Positions 43,608-54,954 of a stretch of 63,367 nt of DNA are shown one piece after another. Below the pieces are notes generated by a model, which was not told the DNA's origin, searched no databases, and was given only the letters and a program-made list of their open reading frames with translations. The stretch's first letter is position 1. Each line of letters starts with the position of its first letter. The stretch spans positions 1-63,367 of the forward strand of contig RQSC01000518.1 in the NCBI GenBank assembly GCA_013416795.1. The letters are read 5' to 3'. Origin of the DNA: Prasinococcaceae sp. CCMP 1430 (taxonomy: Eukaryota; Plantae; Prasinodermophyta). The translations under genes were made by a program, and so were the position numbers.

Positions 43608-44966
43608 TTACGTGCACGCCGCATCCTTCAAATCAACCACCACCACCGCGACGTTGTCCTGCGTCTTCTTCTTGGTCGCATAAGCCACCATGGCCTCGGC
43701 GGCTCGCTGGGCGTCCCCGTGCGCGCTGAGTTCCTTCGCGACGAGCACAGTGGCGTTCTTGGACGAGCACACGTCCCACAAGCCATCCGAGGCGAGGACG
43801 AGGAACTCATCGTTCGGCGTACGCTCGATTTCAGAAACGTCGGGCGTGGGGATGACCAGGTCCGACTCCATCGTCGCCTTGCGCGCCTGGGGATAGTCGT
43901 CAAGGAGCTCCTCGCGCAGGTCGAACCGCCCGCCCTGCGCGCGCAAGGCCGCGCCATTTGGGGTTTACACACAAGCGCGCGCGCGCATGGTCAGCGCGCC
44001 GCCACGTGCGCATCGGGCCCCACCCAGGCGGGATGGGACCGGGTGCGAGGCCCGGTGCACGAATGCCAGTGCCAGCCCCTGCCGCGGTGCGAACGCGCTG
44101 TGGCGCAGCTGGACGAGGCTCTCAGCGCGCCGCACCTTGAACTCCCAATCGCCGAAGGCTCTGCTAACCGCCAGAATGCCGCACACGCGTCCTTGCTGCA
44201 CCCACCCCCCCGCATCCTTTATGCGCTGCACCTCCGCGCGCGACGTCTTTGATGGCCCGTACACCCTGTGCTCCGAGGTGAGATCGATTGCTTTGCCGCC
44301 GCGCGCAAGCACAGCGCGCGAGTCCCCCACGTTGGCCGCCAAGATGCGGTCCTGGCGCACCAGCAGCGACGTCGCCGTGCTGCCCGAGAAGCAGTCCGGC
44401 GGCGCGAACTTTGAGAGGTGCTTTGCCAGCGTGGCGTCCGCCTCGTCGAATGCTGCGCTGAGCGTCTGTTCCAGCAGCGACCCGCCGTCCTGCGCTTGGG
44501 CTCCGATTGGGCTCACGTCGCACCCCGCGGCGTCTACGCCCTTGGCGAACGCCTCGTACAGGTTGTCGCGCAGCCAGGTCGACGCCGCCGCGCCCTCGTG
44601 CCCATCGAAGAGCCCGGCGTACAGATACCCGCAACGCGCGTCTGGGTGCACGACTAGCGTGTCCTCCATGTATTCGCGCGGCCCCTGCGCGAGCGCGCTG
44701 CCGAACTTCGGAGGCCACGTCTTGGGTGCGGGCTTTTCCCTCTCAGCGGAGCTGGCATCGCCGGCGAGCGTGCTGGAGCCGCTGTCGCGGCCTCCTCCAA
44801 AGAGCCCCCTGGCGGGAGCCAAATGCGCTCCCTTCGTAGGCACGGGTGCATGAGGCGCGCGCGCCGGTGCACGCACGCAGCGGCCCACCCGCGGCACTCG
44901 CGCACCACCGCATGGCGCGCGAGCCCTTCCTGCGGACGCCATGGACATCCGCGAGCACGCCGCCAT
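43608..44966 (-). CDS. PPH1: Plastid PP2C phosphatase, PPH1/TAP38-like (LHCII phosphatase); intron 43935-44135
   Basis: Transit peptide; QGPREYMED, FDGHEG, SGSTAT, ANVGDSRAVL, HRVYG...EVQRIKDAGGWVQQGRVCGILAVSRAFGD, LASDGLWD, QDNVAV. Confidence 0.8.
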
Positions 44967-46266
44967 CCGCACCCTTTCGCGCAGCCGCACCCTCGCGTGG
45001 GCGCGTCGCGCAGGCCCGACCACAGAAACGACCGCCGCGCAACCGATCCTAGCGAAGCAACCCTCACCCCCGCTCGCCCACCTGCCTGCACACCGCCACC
45101 ACGCACCCGGCGCGCCTGCCCCCACCCGCCCGCCCACGCGGCGCACAGCCGCGGCAGCTGCGGCCGCACGTCGCCCCACGCGCAGGCCACGCCTGCAGTG
45201 AAAACTCCCGCTCTTCTCACTCCCGCCCTCTCAGCCGTCGCGCAGGCCGTCTGCCCAACGCACACCTCGTCCCCCGTCTCTGCACCCGCGCGCCCCTCCC
45301 CCCCCCCCCGGCCCCGGCACGGGTGCGTGCCCCACGCAGCGCCCGGCGCGAGAAGTGCCGCCCCTGCCGTCCCCTGCGCCCTCGCTCGCTCCACCTGTGC
45401 GGGCGCTGGAGCGCTGCGTCAGGCGCCACGGGCCACCGCGCCGCCGCGCGCCAAGCTGCTCGCACGCTGGCTTGAGTCTTTGGATCGTCGTCGTAGCTGT
45501 CGCCCCTCGCCTTTCCCACCCATCCCCCTCCCCCCTGTCACCCCTCTATTTTACCCAGCACCCCCGCGCCCCACACCTCACGCCACCACGACAGGCCCTC
45601 CGCGCTGACGCGTGCGCTGGCGGCGCGCGCGCGCAACGCGACGGGGGTCAGGGTTCCGTTCCTGCCGTACTGACTGTAATAATAGTGACAGGGACAGGCT
45701 TGGCTGATCCCCAGGATAACACCGAGATTTCGTCTACCGCGGCTTTGGCCAGGGCGGAGGTGCGGCTGATCAGCGAGAGACAGACCCGGAAATAGGCTCG
45801 ATCGAGCAGCGCTCTCCGCCCCTGACTGACTGGTGACTCACTCACTGACTGACTGACTGAATCGGGCGAGGCCGCGCGCGCGATCCGATCCCAATCCGAT
45901 CCGGGGCGCGGCAAGCCGGCCGACCAGGGTGTCGCCATCAGCCAGCCAGGGGCGGAAATGCATGCCATTGAGCAGATCTAGCTTGAGCTGGCTGGAGTCG
46001 GTCGTTCAGTCAGCCCCAGCCAGCCAGCCAGCAGCACGAGACGGAGGAGTGCGACTCCCGGGCGGATCGGGCAATTGATCGAGATGTCATGGCTGACTGA
46101 CGACGGGCGGGTTGGCGACTTGACCGCATCTGGATGATGGATCCGTCCGGATGTTTTGCTGCTTTTTGGGTTGGTGGGGCGCGTCGCGCGGCAAACAAAT
46201 CTTTCCGCGGCGCGGCGCGCCCCGCGCCTCGCGCGGGGCGCGCCCGCGGCCGCGCAATCCGCACCN

Positions 46267-46590
46267 GGCGAGCGATGCCCGCCAGGGTCGTGGTTGGACG
46301 TCGCGTGCAACTACACCGTGGAACGCGCCCTGGCGCCGCCCGAGCCCAGCGAGCGAGTGCGTCCTACGGCGCTGACGATGGCGGGCGACTCGGTCGCAGC
46401 GGGGCGCTCAAGGCCGCCGAAGGCGCTCGTGCTGCTCATGAACAATGCGGTGGAACACGACTGGGAGACGACGCCGTACGAAAGCCTACCGCCGGAGTGC
46501 AAGGCCATGGCCGCCGCGGGGGCGTATCGATATATATCGGGCATGCGCGACCCCTTCAGCGCCGCGGTCAGTGACTACCTGTACACGAAG
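46267..46590 (+). other. Orphan exon fragment, sulfotransferase-like, starting at a single-N join
   Basis: YISGMRDPFSAAVSDYLY resembles the 3'-phosphate-binding RDPxxxxxSxY motif; ends at AAG|GTGCGT; no downstream partner exon seen. Confidence 0.4.
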
Positions 46591-46626
46591 GTGCGTGGCG
46601 CCGAGCGGGTCTCAGTGCCTGCTCCG

Positions 46627-47284
46627 ATGATTGGCAGAAGTGCCACTTGCCGAAGTCCGTCTCGCGCCAAGCAGGGCGCGCGGCGCTCGCCAGTGGCGGC
46701 TCGCGCGGTGCCGCGGGTGCGCGCGCCACCTGCCGGTGCGCGTGAGGGCGAGCATGCGGGAGTCGGGGACGACATCACAGTGCCGGAGATGCTCTGCAAA
46801 CCGCAGATGCCGTGCGCCGCATTTGCGCTCTCCGCACTCGCGCAAACGTCGCCCGCGCTCGCCGCCGACGCGGCGGCGGACGCGGCGGACGCGGCAGCGA
46901 GCGCGAGCGATGCGGGCGCGGACCCTACCGTCGTTGCTGGTGTCGTCGCGGTGGCAGTCGCGGCCGGGGTGCTTTTCAAGGGGAGCAGTTCCGACGCCGA
47001 GGAAGGCTCCTTCGAGCAAAGCTTGGTGCGTGCGCGCACGCGCGCCGGCTGCCCCGCTGGTGTGCCGCGCCTACGCGCGCCCTCCATGCCAACCTCCGCC
47101 GAAGCGTGCGTGCGCACGGTCCCTTTGGGTCGCGGGGGTCACTCTGGCCACCTGTACTGACGTTGGCACCCGCGCGCACCTGCCGGCGTGCCGGCCCACT
47201 TGATGTCATGCGCCCACCTGGCCATGTGTTCTAGACCATCGCTGGCGGCGAGAGGCGCAAGCGCAAGCCTCCCCCGCCCTCAAT
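46627..47284 (+). CDS. Putative small single-pass thylakoid membrane protein (intron 47026-47234; 3' end unresolved)
   Basis: Transit-peptide-like MIGRSATCRSPSRAK..., lumenal-signal-like AAFALSALAQTSPALA, TM VVAGVVAVAVAAGVLF, then TIAGGERRKRKPPPPQ. Confidence 0.5.
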
Positions 47285-47688
47285 GTGAGCCGCACCGCAC
47301 GCACCCACCCAACGCACCTTCAGTGCGCGTGCGTTGGGATCGACGAGCGCACCGCGCATGGATGGCCACGCCCACAACGCTTAGAGCAACACACACGTCA
47401 CAAAGCTCATGCGTAACGATGTACATGTAGGTCGTTTGCTTGCCAGTGCGCACGCGCTTAGACACCCATGGCGCGAGGTCTCTTCCTTCACCAGAGCCTA
47501 CGAGCGCGCGGGCGTGTTTCGTCGGTCGCGCCGCTATGCGCCGACGACAGCTTGTGTGCCTCGTGCCGTGCTGTCTCTAGCGAGAAATGTATTCGGACAT
47601 TTATGTGTGTGCCGTGCTTCTTTCTTGAAAGAAAGAAGACGAGCCGTATAGAGGGGAGCGCCAGGGCTGGCGAGCTCACGCAGGTCAT

Positions 47689-48842
47689 TCACTCGTCAAT
47701 CATGGCCTTCGCTTTTGTGGCAGCCTCGCGCGCGGCCTGCAGTGCGGCTTCCACAGCGTCCTTGCCGGCCAGCGGCGGCGCACCCTCGACATCGCTCTCT
47801 GAGTCAGCCAAGGCGAGCGACGGGGCGCCGTCCGGCGCGATGGCGCAACCTGAATCGTCGCACACAACCGCGCTCGCCTCAGTGAGGGCGAGGGTGCGAC
47901 GCGCGCGAGTTTTGGCAGCCTATGGCACGACAAGTCAGCCGAGGGAAACACCAGAGCGACGTCAGCGCGCGTGGCGTGGAACACAGCAACGCAACAAGCG
48001 CGCGAGCTGCGCGCGTGCTCGCACACACACTGCGCCCCCTGGGTGCGCACGACGCATCGCTGACTGCTCGTGCGAGAGTGTCGCCCTCGCGCGTGATTGC
48101 CCCCTCAATGAGGCGCGCGGGAGAGCACCCGTGCGCGACGCACCTTGGAGGGAGCATTCGGCAGCGCGCAGCCCGACTCGTCACAGACGAGGCCGCTGTC
48201 GGCCGCGCGCGGCCCCGATGAGTCGGGCGCTGCGTCCTGTTTGAGCATCTCCTCTGTCATCGCAAACGCCCACAAGGTCACAGATAGAGCTGCCTCTTCT
48301 GCCACACTCGTCCCGTAGTCCACCCTGCCCACGCGCCGGCTCGGGAGCTGCACGACCGCGTCAAAGAGGGGGGGGGCGGAGGAGGTAACACGAAGCGCTA
48401 TCCGGGGCTTGAGGCCCGCGGGAAGCTGGAGGGTGGCGGCGTATACGCCCGCGCCCACCGATTCGAGCTCTGCAACTGCCTCATGGGCAGGTTGTGACTG
48501 TCCGCGAGCCTTGCTTTCGACGCTGGCGACGATGCCGTCCATATCCTCGTCGCCCTCACTTTCGACGCGCACATGCAACGATACGGTCTCGCCCTTGGCG
48601 AGCTTCGGCGCGTCCTTGCGCTCGACTGCCGCGTTGCTGTAGTCAGTAGAGAGGACCTTCGGCTTGGTGCTGGCGTTCGAGGTCGTCGTAGTCGCGCCCG
48701 TGCCCTCGCCGGCGACTGCGCACATCAGCCCGCGCGCACGTGACTGCGCGCGCGGTGCAGCCGGATGCACGGTGGCGAGGTGCGCACGCAGACCGCAGAC
48801 CACACTGGGCCGCGCGCTCCTCGGGGGCGCGGCAGCCAGCAT
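47689..48842 (-). CDS. Hypothetical plastid-targeted protein with two CxxxxC motifs; intron 47920-48143
   Basis: Transit-peptide-like [20 protein letters not shown]; LVCDESGCA in exon 1 and VVCDDSGCA in exon 2. Confidence 0.6.
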
Positions 48843-49966
48843 CCTGACGATGCCCCTTTCTGCCACGAGACAGTAGACGCACTCGTGCTCAGCTTCACTC
48901 GCGTGGCCCGCGCCCGATGGCCCTGCACTGCTGCAGCCCGCCGTGCTCGGGAGGCACCCCCGTGGCACTTTCCGTTCGCAGAGGTGGTTGCACGCCGGCG
49001 CTGCGCGGCTCGGCGCAGCGACAGAGCGCGGCACACGAGCACTGCGATTGATGGGCGCGGCGCCCTGCTCAGACGATAGCTCCGGGAGCTGATCAACGCC
49101 TGCAATCCTTGGTCGCGCGCGCGCGCGGCGGCGGGTGGGAGGGGGGGGGGGGGGCGCCCTGCGCGCTTTGTGGAGCCTCCGGCGCCAGCGCGCGGCCGCA
49201 CCTCCCGCCGCGGATTCCCGGCGCCCGCAGCCGCAGATTTGCGACGCGGGCGCCGGCCTCACCCCGCACACGCACCCGACACGTGCGGCCGGCACGCACT
49301 CTCGGCCGCGTCGCGCTTGGCTGCTGCGGCTGGGTGCTGATGTCAGCAGAGCAGGCCGGTGACTGGATGGCTGGTGAGGACGCCGCCAGAGCAATCCCCA
49401 TCACCCCATCATTCCATCCCCATCAGATCGGCAATCGCATCATCACTCGACCGACTGAGTCGTGATGCAGACTGCGGCACCCCGAACCGAAAGCAAAAGG
49501 GGGTATGGAGTGGGGTCGCGGGCGCGCGCTCCTCTCCTTGGCTCGCGCCGTGCGAAGCGAGGACAGATCGCCGCATCGATCGAAGCCGGCAGCCCTGGCC
49601 CTGCCGGCGGCGGCTCGGCCGCGCAGCCGCCGCGGACGCGGGCGCGAGGGCGCGCGCGGTGCGCGCGCGGTGCGCGCGGTGCGCGGGGCGGCCCCACAAG
49701 CTGCACACCAGACGCGCGGGCGGGGCGCGTTCTCATCGCCTGCCCGCTGCCCCTCGCTCGCTCTCTCTCTCTCGCGCGCGGGCGGGCTGCGCTGCGGGTC
49801 GCCTGAGCGCAGAGGCGCGAAGCGAAGCTGCCGCCGCACAGGCAGGGGGGCGCAAGGCAGGCGGGGCGGGGTGAGGTGGGGCTGTGAGGAGTCAGACGCA
49901 GCCCCGAGGGGGGTGCGGTCCTGAACATAGCGGTGCGGCTCGAGCGCAAATCCTCGCGGGCTTTAG

Positions 49967-50662
49967 ATGCGCGTGGGCAGTGCGCTCGCGGCAGCGGCGA
50001 TGGGAGGTGCCTTCGGCATGCTCTTCCAGCGGAAAGGAGGGCAGCAGGTGCACGCCGATGGCCAGCAGCAGCTCGACACCGACGCGCCGCGCGCCCTCGT
50101 GATCGCCGGCCCGTCAGGCGTGGGCAAGGGGACCCTGATAGGGATGCTCATGAAGGCGCATCCGGACAAGTTCGGCTTCTCGGTGTCGCACACAACGCGT
50201 GCACCGCGTGAGGGCGAGAAGGACGGTGTGCACTACAACTTCACCACTATTGAGGATATGGAGCGGCGCATCGCAAAGGGCGAGTTTCTGGAGTACGCGC
50301 GCGTCCATGGCAAGATCTACGGAACGTCGTTTGCGGCCGTGCGCGCTGTCGCGGAGGGTGGCGAGCCCAAATGCTGCGTCCTGGACATCGACGTGCAGGG
50401 TGCCGACCTCGTACGCAAAGCAAAGCTCCCCGCTGGCTTCGTCTTCATCGCGCCGCCCTCGATGGAAGAGCTCGAGCGGCGGCTGCGAGGACGAGGCACC
50501 GAGTCGGAGTCGGATGTCGAAAAGCGCATCGCGAATGCGCGCGGCGAGATGGATAGGCGCAACGAGAAGGGCCTCTTTGACGAAGTGATTGTGAACGACG
50601 ACCTCGACGAGACGTACAAGAGGTTCGAGAAGTTCGCACTCAGCTGCCTGAGCTCGAAATGA
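49967..50662 (+). CDS. Guanylate kinase
   Basis: GPSGVGKGT, FSVSHTTRAPREGEKDGVHYNF, YGTS, LDIDVQGA, RLRGRGTE. Confidence 0.96.
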   Translation: MRVGSALAAAAMGGAFGMLFQRKGGQQVHADGQQQLDTDAPRALVIAGPSGVGKGTLIGMLMKAHPDKFGFSVSHTTRAPREGEKDGVHYNFTTIEDMERRIAKGEFLEYARVHGKIYGTSFAAVRAVAEGGEPKCCVLDIDVQGADLVRKAKLPAGFVFIAPPSMEELERRLRGRGTESESDVEKRIANARGEMDRRNEKGLFDEVIVNDDLDETYKRFEKFALSCLSSK

Positions 50663-50996
50663 AGCGTTACGCGACTTTGGCTGGCTACGGCCCACATGAG
50701 GTCAGTGTCGGTAGCAGCGCTGCCCCCGCGCACTGGCGCGCATAGCTGGCGCGTGCACCAATGACGACACCGCACAACTTATCATTCATGCGTGTCAGCT
50801 GAAGGATCCCTTGTGATCGACTGCATCAAATCTTCTCACCGAGGGCACGCGCCGCGTCCATTCGATCGGCATGCAACTCTGGTAGCCTCGCTAGGGCCCG
50901 CGTTCTGACGTAGCACCCGCGCGTGCACCCGATGCGCGCCCTCGTGCAACACAGGGCGCTCGACTTGATGCTCTTTAATTGAAGACTTATCGCGAC

Positions 50997-53621
50997 TCAT
51001 CGCGCGTCGCTCGCGCCAGGCGCCGCGTCCGCGGCGCAATTGGCGCCGTCCTCGATGGAGACGGCAGCGTTCTCGACCGCGCGCTCTCCGCAAAGTTTGA
51101 GCAAGTGGCGGAGGTCGGCGCTCTCGCCCACACAAGCGTCGCCCGAGCATCGCACGCGCTTGTCGAGCTTGGCCAGCTCTGCTTTAGCAGCGCGCAGTGC
51201 CGCCTCGGAGGTGGTTGTGCGCACCAGATCCCATCCACAGCGGCTCGCGAGCACACGGGTCGCGCAATCCCACCACTCACTCTCCACTTGATCCAAGCCG
51301 GTGCCGGTGGCGCCCTCGTGGTCGGCACGTGCGGCGCTCCTCTGTGGGCGTGCACCGCCACCACGCGCGCGTTCGGCATAGCGGGCGACGGCTACGCATA
51401 CGCACAGACTGGCCGCATCATCGCCAGTGTAGAGCAGCTCAGGCCACAGGTGCGCAGTAGCCGTAAGCACGCAAGCACACGCCACGCTGCGCCTTGCCTG
51501 TGCTCGCCCATCATCCCCAGTGCTGCGAGCCTTCGGCACACTCTTCTGCGAAAGAAACACTGAAGTCGCCAGCGCTGATCGGCATAGCTCGGCGGTGCCA
51601 AAGTGCCTGTACAGCCCTAGGGCAGCCGCCCAAAGGGCCGTGACCACGCCCGCCTCCCCCGGAGCGACTGTCTCTGCGTGCACCCTCGAATGCAACGGCC
51701 CCTCGCCGCACATTGCCTTGCCGGCGGCGCGGCATAGCTGTGCCGCAAGTTCAAGTGCGAAGCCAACGTGCGGGTGCCCCCAGTCGTGCTGGGAGGTCGT
51801 AGTGTCGGCGCCGGCGGCGACGTCGATGTCAATGTCCACCTGCGATGGCAACCAGGTACGCACGTTGTGTAAGCATTGCATTCGTGTATGCACGCGCGCA
51901 AGCGTTCGAGTCAGAGCGATGGGGTGTCAAGCGTCAGACAGAGCGAGTGGGGCAACCGGATCACATTTTGCGCGGCTGCCGTGCAGCAAGCTCACCTCGT
52001 GCGCGTCGGTGCTCTTTTGCTTGAGATGTTCTGCAGCGTCAATGACCGCCCATACAAGTGCGCTGAGGCTGCCCTTTTCGCGCACCGCCTCTTTGCACCA
52101 CCAGCCATCCACATGCACGCCGGGCGGGCATAGACCACTGCTGCCACCGAAGCGGTGCTTCATGGCGCCGCAGCGCCGAGGCGGCGCGTCGCCGATCCCA
52201 TGCGCGGCGCACCTCACGACTGCATTGATGATCACAATGCAGGCTTCCCGCGACGAGGCACCACCAGCGAGCGCCGTCCGCGCGATCGCGGACGACACCG
52301 ACGAGCGTGAAGCAGCCAGCTCCGCGTCCACGTACGCATCCAGGGCCAGCGCGCACTTGCGGACGGCATCGAGCCGCGGCGCGGTCGTCAGAACAGGGAG
52401 CCCGCGACTGTCGGTAGACGCCGCTGCCGCCTCGAGGTACGGCTCGGTGAGAACCACAGGTGTGCGCGGCGACACCACGGGAGAAGACAAGTCCACGCCG
52501 ACCGCAGACGAATACTGCTGCTGACGCAAAGGCTGCGTCGGCTGAGTCAGGTGGCCTCCCGCTGCCTGTGTGCGCGCGCGCGGCTGCGGCTTCTGGACGG
52601 CTGCTGTCGCCTCCTTCGTGGCAGATGGCGCCACTGGGCGTTTCTGTCGCTTGGCAGTCGATGCAGTCGCACCTCTACCCTTGGTGCTGGTAGCACCTGC
52701 GCTCGTCACCCCAGGCGCAGCGCCACCGCCGCCGGCAGTGACATCACCGGCCGCACCTCGCGCTCGCGGCTGCGACAGCGCGGGCGGCAGATGAGATATG
52801 GTCGGCTGTTGCTGCACGGCCGCCACTGCAGGCGCTTGCGACTGTCGCGGACGCTTGAGTGTCGCTCGAGGGGCGCGCTGCCGTTGCTGTTCAGACTCCT
52901 GCTGCCCGGTCGCTGGGCGCTCCAGGGCGCCCCTGAGCGTTTGACGCTCGACATCCTGCGAGGTCTCCAATACCGGATCCCGCAGTGCGCTCGCCTCGCC
53001 CGCGCCGCCGACTGCTGCTGGTGCACGGGGCGTGGCCGCGTGGCTCAGCGCGCGCTGCTGCGCCTCATTGAGGGCGCGGATGTTCCGCATTGCTTCTTTG
53101 AGCGCATCCTCAGTGTGCTGGAGGCGCTCTTTGAGCGCATCCTCAGTGTGCTGGAGGCGCTTCATCATTTGCCCCATCTGCGCTCGGTGGTCTCGCCCCT
53201 GCTGCTCAACGCGTTGCTCGAGCGCAATGACCTGCGCGATACTCACACGTTGCTCGCCCTGCCTTCGCGTGGCGGCGAGCTGGGACTCGAGCACCTTCAC
53301 CCTGAGCGTACTCTCCTCGGCCTTCTCCTCGGCAGCGGCGCGCGCAGCCGCCTCCTCAACGCGCGCCTTGCGCTCTCGTGCTGCCTCAACGAGAGCGTCC
53401 TCTCTTGCGCTCATCGCCTGCCCGAGCGTCTCCTTCGCAATGCCCAGGGCCTCGCGCATGCGTCGATTCTGCCGCTGCAGATGCTCCGCCTCGCACGCAG
53501 GCATGGCGGCGGTCTCAGCGACGGCGGTGCCCGCGGCGGCCGCGGCCACCGCCAACGTTTCCGCCGCTGGCACAATGCCGCCTGCTTCGCGAGCAGCTGT
53601 GCCAGCGGTAGATGCAGCCAT
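50997..53621 (-). CDS. Hypothetical multi-exon coiled-coil protein
   Basis: Long minus-strand ORFs (51927-53984 and 50997-51893) joined by an apparent intron; N-terminal coiled coil; NLS-like AKRQKR. Confidence 0.5.
53095..53160. repeat. Perfect 33-bp tandem duplication (encodes RLQHTEDALKE twice)
   Basis: TCTTTGAGCGCATCCTCAGTGTGCTGGAGGCGC occurs twice in tandem. Confidence 0.95.
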
Positions 53622-54954
53622 CGCCAGCACGTGAGTGCGCAGCAGCTGCCACCGCCGCCGTCGACGAGGACGAAGAGGGCTCCTGCAGCCGTTGCCACCA
53701 CCCAAAAAGTACGAACGACGGCCGCTCGCGCGAGCGGGGGCGCGTGCGCACGCACGCGCGGGTGGGTGGGAGGGTATGCGCGCCCCCCTACACGCGGTGC
53801 TGCAGCACAGCACGCACGCAGCGCGTCGCTTTCCTTCCGCGGCTGCACTCACAAGCTTCAAAGGCAGTGTCTGCGTCCGTGTCGCATGCGGCCTCTGCTG
53901 TCGGCCGTCTGAGGCCGCGGCCCGGGCCTGGCAGCGGCGCGTCGGTGCGCGCGGCGCAGGACTCCGAGGTCGGCGACACACCACAGCGCGCGCGCGCGCG
54001 CGCTGTGGTGCGCCGCCGCCGCCGCCTCGCCCGCCCGCACATCAAAACGCACGCGTCCGCACGCGTCACACATCACTTCGAACCCCCACCCTCGCCCCCC
54101 CGCAAAAAAAAGAAAAAAAAGTCACAATCGGACGGGGCGTGAGAAAAAAAGAGAGCGGTTTTCGAAGCTCCATCGAAGCTAAGCCCCGTCGTTGCCTTTT
54201 CCGTGCGAAAAAAAGGAAAAAGAAAAAAAGAAAAAGATGCGCGCGTGCTGCACTGCACGTCTTCCTTCTCCCGTGATGAGCACGTTTTAAAAAGAAAAAG
54301 AAAATCAAATGGGGAAAACGAGAAAAAAAATGCGTGCGCACTGTGCTCGGGGTTGGGCATTTTGGCTATGCACTGTCAAGCGGCATTTTCGATCAAAGTT
54401 TTCAGTGTTTTACCGTAAAGGTGACTTTCAGGCATCAAGGCAGGGTACACTACAAAGTCTTTTGCTGTCCATTTTGCCTTTCCCGTGAGCACATTTTAAT
54501 TAAAAGGAAAAGAAAAAAGAAAAAGAAAAAAAAGGAAAAAGGTGGGTGCGGCGCGTTCAGATTTTGAGGCCTTTTTTTTTTCCCCCGCGCGCGTCAGCCC
54601 GCCGGATTCTAATCCGCGCCCGCCCGCCCCGCGGCGATTTTCGCGGCCGAAAAGGAACGCGCGTTTCGGTCTCGAGGTCAGAATGCGTCCGAGACGCGGA
54701 AGGGTATCGCGGAACGGAGCGCGAAAAAGCCCGCGGGGGTGTGCATCACACCGCCCTCCCGCCCCCACAGCGCGCACGCATGCACACTGGCCAAGCCCGC
54801 GCGTGTGGGCCTGTCCTCTCCATCGCCTCACCTCCCCCCCCTTACACACACGCGCACGCACGCCGTCCGCCTCGCACGAGCGCCCTGGGGCGCGGCGGCG
54901 CCACACCGCGTGCACCTCCGCGCCCAGCGCGCCCCGCCGGCGGGCAGCTGAGCC

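Noticed and set aside
45690-45735. CTGATC..CAGGATAACACC resembling the 3' half of a TPP riboswitch (similar hint at 21270-21320)
   Set aside because: No CUGAGA motif, no P1/P4 closure (GCGxAGGGA), and no thiamine gene adjacent.
47641-47675. GAGCCGTAT, like the start of group II intron domain V
   Set aside because: The rest of the domain V hairpin (GAAA loop, ACGTACGGTTC) is absent.
54349-54357. CCCAACCCC (minus strand) as a telomerase template
   Set aside because: Lies about 20 nt from the putative terminator, leaving no room for a pseudoknot; TTGGGG is not expected in green algae.
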